This document shows positions 59,904 through 64,000 of a stretch of DNA of 64,000 nt, in pieces (within the stretch, counting starts at the first letter, position 1; each line of letters opens with the position of its first letter). The position numbers and the translations under genes are program-made. The DNA comes from an uncultured Alphaproteobacteria bacterium (GTDB lineage: Bacteria; Pseudomonadota; Alphaproteobacteria; UBA7985; CAJQQZ01). The notes under the pieces were generated by a model. The model made no database searches. It had not been told where the DNA came from and worked only from the letters and a program-made list of their open reading frames with translations. Where the stretch lies: the NCBI GenBank assembly GCA_905480575.1, contig CAJQQZ010000114.1, positions 308 to 64,307 of the forward strand. Reading direction: 5' to 3'.

Positions 59904-62051
59904 TTATGCGGCTTTTTGAACCGCAGACCGCAGCTTTTCCAATGCCTCCTCTTTTACATCGAACCGAGGCCCGTAAAGCTCCGCCAATTCCTTGGCTCGA
60001 GCTGCAAATTTGTCGATTCCCACGCCATGAATGAAGCGGATAGCACCACCAGTGTGGGCAGGGAAGCCAATGCCGAAAATCGATCCAATATCGGCTTCTA
60101 TTTCGGACCTCAAGACGCCTTCGTCTAAACACCGTAGAGTCTCAATTGACTGTCGATAAATGATTCGGTCTTGGATGTCCTTCATGGAAACTCCACCATT
60201 GCCTTTGGCAAATTGGCGAACACCGCCCCAAAGGCTTTTGCTACCATTAGCGTGGTAATCATAGTAACCACCGCCATAAGCCCGGCCACCGCGATTCATC
60301 GCCACCATTTCATGGCTAACTGCTTTTGTTGAAATCCCTTCAGCAGGGAAGCCATTTTCAACACCCAGCCGCTCGTCAAGCACTTGGTGTGTGTCGTAGA
60401 CCCTTTTTTGCAGAACTTGGCTCACTTCATCCATTACCGCCAAAGGCCCCACTGGCATGCCTACCATCCAAGCAGCTCTTTCAATGACCACCGGATCAAT
60501 ACCATCAACAATCAAACTAGCGCCCTCATCACAGAAAGTGCCAAAGACCCGAGAAGTGAAGAAACCTCGCGCATCATTCACAACAATAGGAATTTTGCCG
60601 ATTTGTTGCACGTAATCGTATGCCTTGCGCAGAGTGTCGTCAGAAGTCTCTTTACCGAGGATGATTTCAACCAATTTCATTTTGTCGACGGGCGAAAAGA
60701 AATGAATACCGATGAATCGATCTGGTTCGGGACAAGACTTGGCTAAGAGGGAAATGGGTAGCGTCGAGGTGTTAGAACCGTAGATCCCCTGGTCCCCGAG
60801 CTGACTGAAGGTTGTTGGAATGACTTTTTCCTTGAGGTCGATATCCTCAAATACAGCCTCGATGATGATATCCGTACCCTGATAATCGCTGTCTTCTTTG
60901 ATGGGTGTGATTTGGCTCAAGAGCTGGTCTTTATCGGCATCTGACATTTGCTTTCGGCTGATTCGTTTGTCGGCCAACATTTCTGAATAGGCTTTGCCAT
61001 TTTCTGCTTTCGCCAGTTCTTGATCTTTCAGTTTTGTTGCGATGCCTCGAGAGGCGTGTGACCAAGCAATGCCCGCGCCCATCATACCGGCACCAAGAAT
61101 GGCAGCGTTTTTGGCTTTCCATCGAGGTCCTTCAGGCCGAAACTCACCATTCTTGATTCGGTTCATTCCGAAGAAAAATGAAGATATGGCAGCTCGCGCT
61201 TGAGGCGTTGTTACCAGAGAGCAAAAGCCGCGACTCTCGTTGCGCAGCGCGGAATCGAAACCCATCCGCATTGAGTTAACAGCTATGTCTGCAATCTTCT
61301 CGGGCGCAGGCAAGAGACCGCGTGTCTTCTTCACCAGCATGGTTGGCGTAACGGTCGCTATCATGCGGACCTTTTCATTCTTGGCATTGCCGCCAGGATG
61401 CACAAAGCCCTTCTTGTCCCAAGGCTGTGTGTGTGATTCTGGGTTGGCCTTAATCCATGCTTTCGCTCTTGGCACAAGATCTTCGACTGTTGAGATGATT
61501 TCGTCGACCATTCCTGCTACTAGCGCTTTCTTTGGAACTACTTGTTTGCCTTCCAACAAAAACGGCAGCGCTTTTTCCAGCCCGAGTAGAGCTGTCAAAC
61601 GAACAACACCTCCCGCGCCGGGCAACAATCCGAGCGTTACTTCAGGGAGGCCAACTACGGCTTTCGGATCATCGACGACGATGCGATGATTGGAAGCTAA
61701 GCAAATCTCATAGCCGCCCCCTAAAGCGGCGCCGTTGATAGCCGCCACAACAGGAGCTGGGAGTTTCTCTAATCGGCGGAGAAAGCCTTTGTTTTCTTCG
61801 ACATAATTAAAAAATTCTTCTGTGACTTTTTCTAAAGCCAAAAATGACTTGAGATCGCCCCCAGCAAAAAAAGTTTTTTTGGCAGATGTTATGACGACAC
61901 CGGTCAGGCCTTCTTCTTCCTCCAATTGAGCGACCGTCGCGGCCATCAAAGGACTGAAGGCAGCATTCATGGTGTTGGCGCTTTGGTCGGGCATGTCCAT
62001 TGTCACAACTACAATGCCATCGGAGTCCTTTTGATAATCAAACATTGCCAT
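59904..62051 (-). CDS. fadB: fatty-acid oxidation complex alpha subunit (enoyl-CoA hydratase / 3-hydroxyacyl-CoA dehydrogenase)
   Basis: N-terminal crotonase fold and a C-terminal NAD Rossmann motif (AILGAGMMGAGIA). Start at MAMFDY. Confidence 0.85.
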   Translation of the reverse strand: MAMFDYQKDSDGIVVVTMDMPDQSANTMNAAFSPLMAATVAQLEEEEGLTGVVITSAKKTFFAGGDLKSFLALEKVTEEFFNYVEENKGFLRRLEKLPAPVVAAINGAALGGGYEICLASNHRIVVDDPKAVVGLPEVTLGLLPGAGGVVRLTALLGLEKALPFLLEGKQVVPKKALVAGMVDEIISTVEDLVPRAKAWIKANPESHTQPWDKKGFVHPGGNAKNEKVRMIATVTPTMLVKKTRGLLPAPEKIADIAVNSMRMGFDSALRNESRGFCSLVTTPQARAAISSFFFGMNRIKNGEFRPEGPRWKAKNAAILGAGMMGAGIAWSHASRGIATKLKDQELAKAENGKAYSEMLADKRISRKQMSDADKDQLLSQITPIKEDSDYQGTDIIIEAVFEDIDLKEKVIPTTFSQLGDQGIYGSNTSTLPISLLAKSCPEPDRFIGIHFFSPVDKMKLVEIILGKETSDDTLRKAYDYVQQIGKIPIVVNDARGFFTSRVFGTFCDEGASLIVDGIDPVVIERAAWMVGMPVGPLAVMDEVSQVLQKRVYDTHQVLDERLGVENGFPAEGISTKAVSHEMVAMNRGGRAYGGGYYDYHANGSKSLWGGVRQFAKGNGGVSMKDIQDRIIYRQSIETLRCLDEGVLRSEIEADIGSIFGIGFPAHTGGAIRFIHGVGIDKFAARAKELAELYGPRFDVKEEALEKLRSAVQKAA

Positions 62052-62053
62052 GA

Positions 62054-63262
62054 TTAAACCCTTTCGATGATAGAAGCGATGCCCATACCGCCGCCAACAC
62101 ACATGCAAATCAAGGCCCGCTTTAGACTTCGGCGCTCCAATTCATCGAGCATTGTGGAGACGAGGCAGCCGCCGGTTGCGCCAAGGGGATGGCCCATAGC
62201 AATGGCCCCGCCAACAACATTCAGTTTTTCATCTGGAACGTTGAGGTCTTTCTGCAAACGTAAAGCCACAGAAGCAAAGGCTTCGTTGATCTCAACCAAA
62301 TCGATATCGTCGATTGTCAAACCCGCTTTTCTCAAGGCTTTTTGAGACGCAGGTCCAGGTCCCGTTAACATGATGGTTGGGTCAGTAGAAGTGAGTGCGA
62401 TAGAAACAACCCTGCCTCTTGGATCAAGACCCAGATCTTTCCCAGCTTCCTCATTGCCAACAAGAATAAGGGAGGCACCATCAACGATACCAGATGAATT
62501 GCCCGCAGTATGAACGTGGTTGATGCGCTCAACATGGGTGTATTTCGTCAAAGCAACGTCGTCATAGCCCATACCACCAGGCCCAGCGAAGGATGGTCGC
62601 AGAGCACCGAGTGCTTGCATATCTGTATTGGCTTTTATGAAATCATCCCGCCCCAAAATCATAAAGCCGTTCTCATCTTTAATCGGAACAACAGAACGAT
62701 CGAACCATCCAGAATCCCGTGCCTTGGCTGCCAACTTCTGAGAACGCACTGCGAACGAGTCAACATCATCACGAGACCAGCCCTCCAAAGTGGCGATCAA
62801 ATCGGCCCCGATACCTTGCGGGACAAAATCTGTGGCGATCACTGTCTCAGGGTCTTCGAAAAAAGCACCGCCGTCGACACCCAAAGGCACCCTGCTCATG
62901 GACTCGAACCCGCCGGCACAAACCAAATCCTCCCACCCGCTGGCGACTTTTGCTGCCGCGGTGTTGAAAGTGTCCAAACCAGAAGCGCAAAAACGATTCA
63001 CCTGCGCGCCAGGAACAGATTGATCCCACCCTGCTTTCTGGAGGGCAATCTTGGGCAGCACTGATCCTTGTTCGTGGACCGGCATAACACAACCCAACAT
63101 GACGTCGTCCACTCTGGAAGTATCCAAGTCATGACGTTCCTGCATCTCTTCCAACAAGGTTGTCACTAAGGTGATAGGTTTGACCTCATTCAAGCTGCCG
63201 TCAATTTTCCCCTTAGATCTCGGCGTGCGGATCGCGTCATAAATGTAGGCTGCTTCAGCCAT
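62054..63262 (-). CDS. fadA: acetyl-CoA C-acyltransferase (3-ketoacyl-CoA thiolase)
   Basis: Active-site Cys (NRFCASGL) and a C-terminal thiolase signature (GGGMGIA). Start at [15 protein letters not shown]. Confidence 0.85.
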   Translation of the reverse strand: MAEAAYIYDAIRTPRSKGKIDGSLNEVKPITLVTTLLEEMQERHDLDTSRVDDVMLGCVMPVHEQGSVLPKIALQKAGWDQSVPGAQVNRFCASGLDTFNTAAAKVASGWEDLVCAGGFESMSRVPLGVDGGAFFEDPETVIATDFVPQGIGADLIATLEGWSRDDVDSFAVRSQKLAAKARDSGWFDRSVVPIKDENGFMILGRDDFIKANTDMQALGALRPSFAGPGGMGYDDVALTKYTHVERINHVHTAGNSSGIVDGASLILVGNEEAGKDLGLDPRGRVVSIALTSTDPTIMLTGPGPASQKALRKAGLTIDDIDLVEINEAFASVALRLQKDLNVPDEKLNVVGGAIAMGHPLGATGGCLVSTMLDELERRSLKRALICMCVGGGMGIASIIERV

Positions 63263-63372
63263 GCTTAAACTCCTGTGTTTAATGTGCAGACAACTATAGG
63301 CCAACAGACTTCTATGACAAGCGTCGATAGGTTAGTGGAGTTGGCGGCGATCACGGAAAGTTTATAGCTTGC

Positions 63373-63396
63373 TAACGTCATCGTTAACGACTGTTA
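63373..63396. promoter_or_regulatory. two overlapping palindromes TAACG-tcat-CGTTA and TTAAC-gact-GTTAA about 110 bp upstream of fadA (candidate repressor operator)
   Basis: Read directly in the sequence. Confidence 0.3.
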
Positions 63397-63438
63397 AGGC
63401 TTTGCGATTTACGGGGTCAAGTGAAGCGCCTATGGTCG

Positions 63439-64000
63439 ATGGAAAGCGTGACGAAAAGTGAGGACAATCTTTCAGTGAAAAAGTACCTGCCGATTCTTGT
63501 GATTTTGGCGACGACAATCATCATCTTTGCTTCTGGTCTCCACCATCATGTTAACTTTGAGACATTGGCGAAGCATAGAGCGTTCCTGACCACTTTCGTG
63601 ACAGACAATTTTGTATTCGCTTCCCTGATTTTCATTACCATCTACATCACAGTCACGGCGCTTTCTGTGCCTGGTGCTTCAATTATCTCTATCACGGGCG
63701 GGTTTCTCTTCGGGACTTTTGTGGGTGGCTCCTGGATCTTGATTGGTGCAACCATCGGTGCCTCGATTCTCTTCATCGCCGTCAAAACCGCTTTTGGCGA
63801 AACATTGCGGGAGAAGGCGGGGCCTTGGGTCGCGAAAGTCCAGGATGGATTCGATAAAGATGCTTTCTCTTATCTTCTATTTTTACGCCTAGTTCCCGCA
63901 TTTCCGTTTTTTGTGGTCAACATTGTACCGGCGTTGTTGAACGTAAAGTTTCGCACTTATGTGATTGCGACTCTGTTGGGAATATTGCCGGGATGTTTTG
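63439..64000 (+). CDS. DedA/TVP38/TMEM64-family membrane protein (3' partial, runs off the window)
   Basis: Manual translation MESVTKSEDNLSVKKYLPILVILATTIIIF...LFLRLVPAFPFFVVNIVPALL shows the DedA-like core. No stop before the window end. Confidence 0.55.
   Translation, partial: MESVTKSEDNLSVKKYLPILVILATTIIIFASGLHHHVNFETLAKHRAFLTTFVTDNFVFASLIFITIYITVTALSVPGASIISITGGFLFGTFVGGSWILIGATIGASILFIAVKTAFGETLREKAGPWVAKVQDGFDKDAFSYLLFLRLVPAFPFFVVNIVPALLNVKFRTYVIATLLGILPGCF

Noticed and set aside
1-64000. Search for mobile elements, CRISPR arrays, tRNA/rRNA genes, toxin-antitoxin pairs or a defence island
   Set aside because: No transposase, integrase, recombinase, Cas-like, restriction-modification or phage-like ORFs were seen. 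No direct-repeat arrays. Intergenic spaces are short (mostly under 250 bp) and no cloverleaf-like tRNA sequence was recognised by eye. The window appears to be core chromosome, so I do not claim a novel defence or mobile system here.

Overview
Dense, almost entirely housekeeping chromosome segment from an alphaproteobacterium-like genome (about 50% GC by eye). Gene order reproduces the conserved origin-proximal neighbourhood known from Caulobacter and Rickettsia. On the minus strand: holA, parB, parA, rsmG, mnmG, mnmE, rho, hemJ, hemE. Then a roughly 430-bp AT-rich non-coding gap carrying a perfect DnaA box (candidate oriC). On the plus strand: the RP001-like PEP-synthase regulatory protein, maf, coaE, dnaQ. 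Two perfect 16-bp parS palindromes flank mnmE. The rest of the window carries dcd, murA, hisG, infA, maf, yacG, gltDB, fabA-fabB-fabI with divergent irr, the chvI-chvG-hprK-rapZ-EIIA(Man)-HPr module, ftsK-lolA, xthA, leuS-lptE-holA, argB, engB, yidC-yidD-rnpA-rpmH and fadAB. I saw no transposase, integrase, CRISPR array, tRNA/rRNA gene or obvious horizontally acquired island, and I could not identify a clear novel multi-gene system. The main unusual points are: (i) a compact, about 300-aa RNase E/G-family gene where a full-length rng is expected; (ii) an orphan OmpR-family regulator divergent from a RibA whose N-terminal domain looks like a catalytically dead RibB, with tandem TGTGAGC repeats between them; (iii) an EAL-domain protein with an unrecognised N-terminal domain preceded by a strongly SD-primed small upstream ORF; (iv) a two-repeat 'LPGCG' membrane permease behind a TTGCAA-type inverted repeat; (v) a candidate structured sRNA or terminator element in the 32.2-kb gap; (vi) an RBS-sequestering hairpin upstream of gltD. 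All calls come from reading the translations and sequence by eye; no database search was possible.
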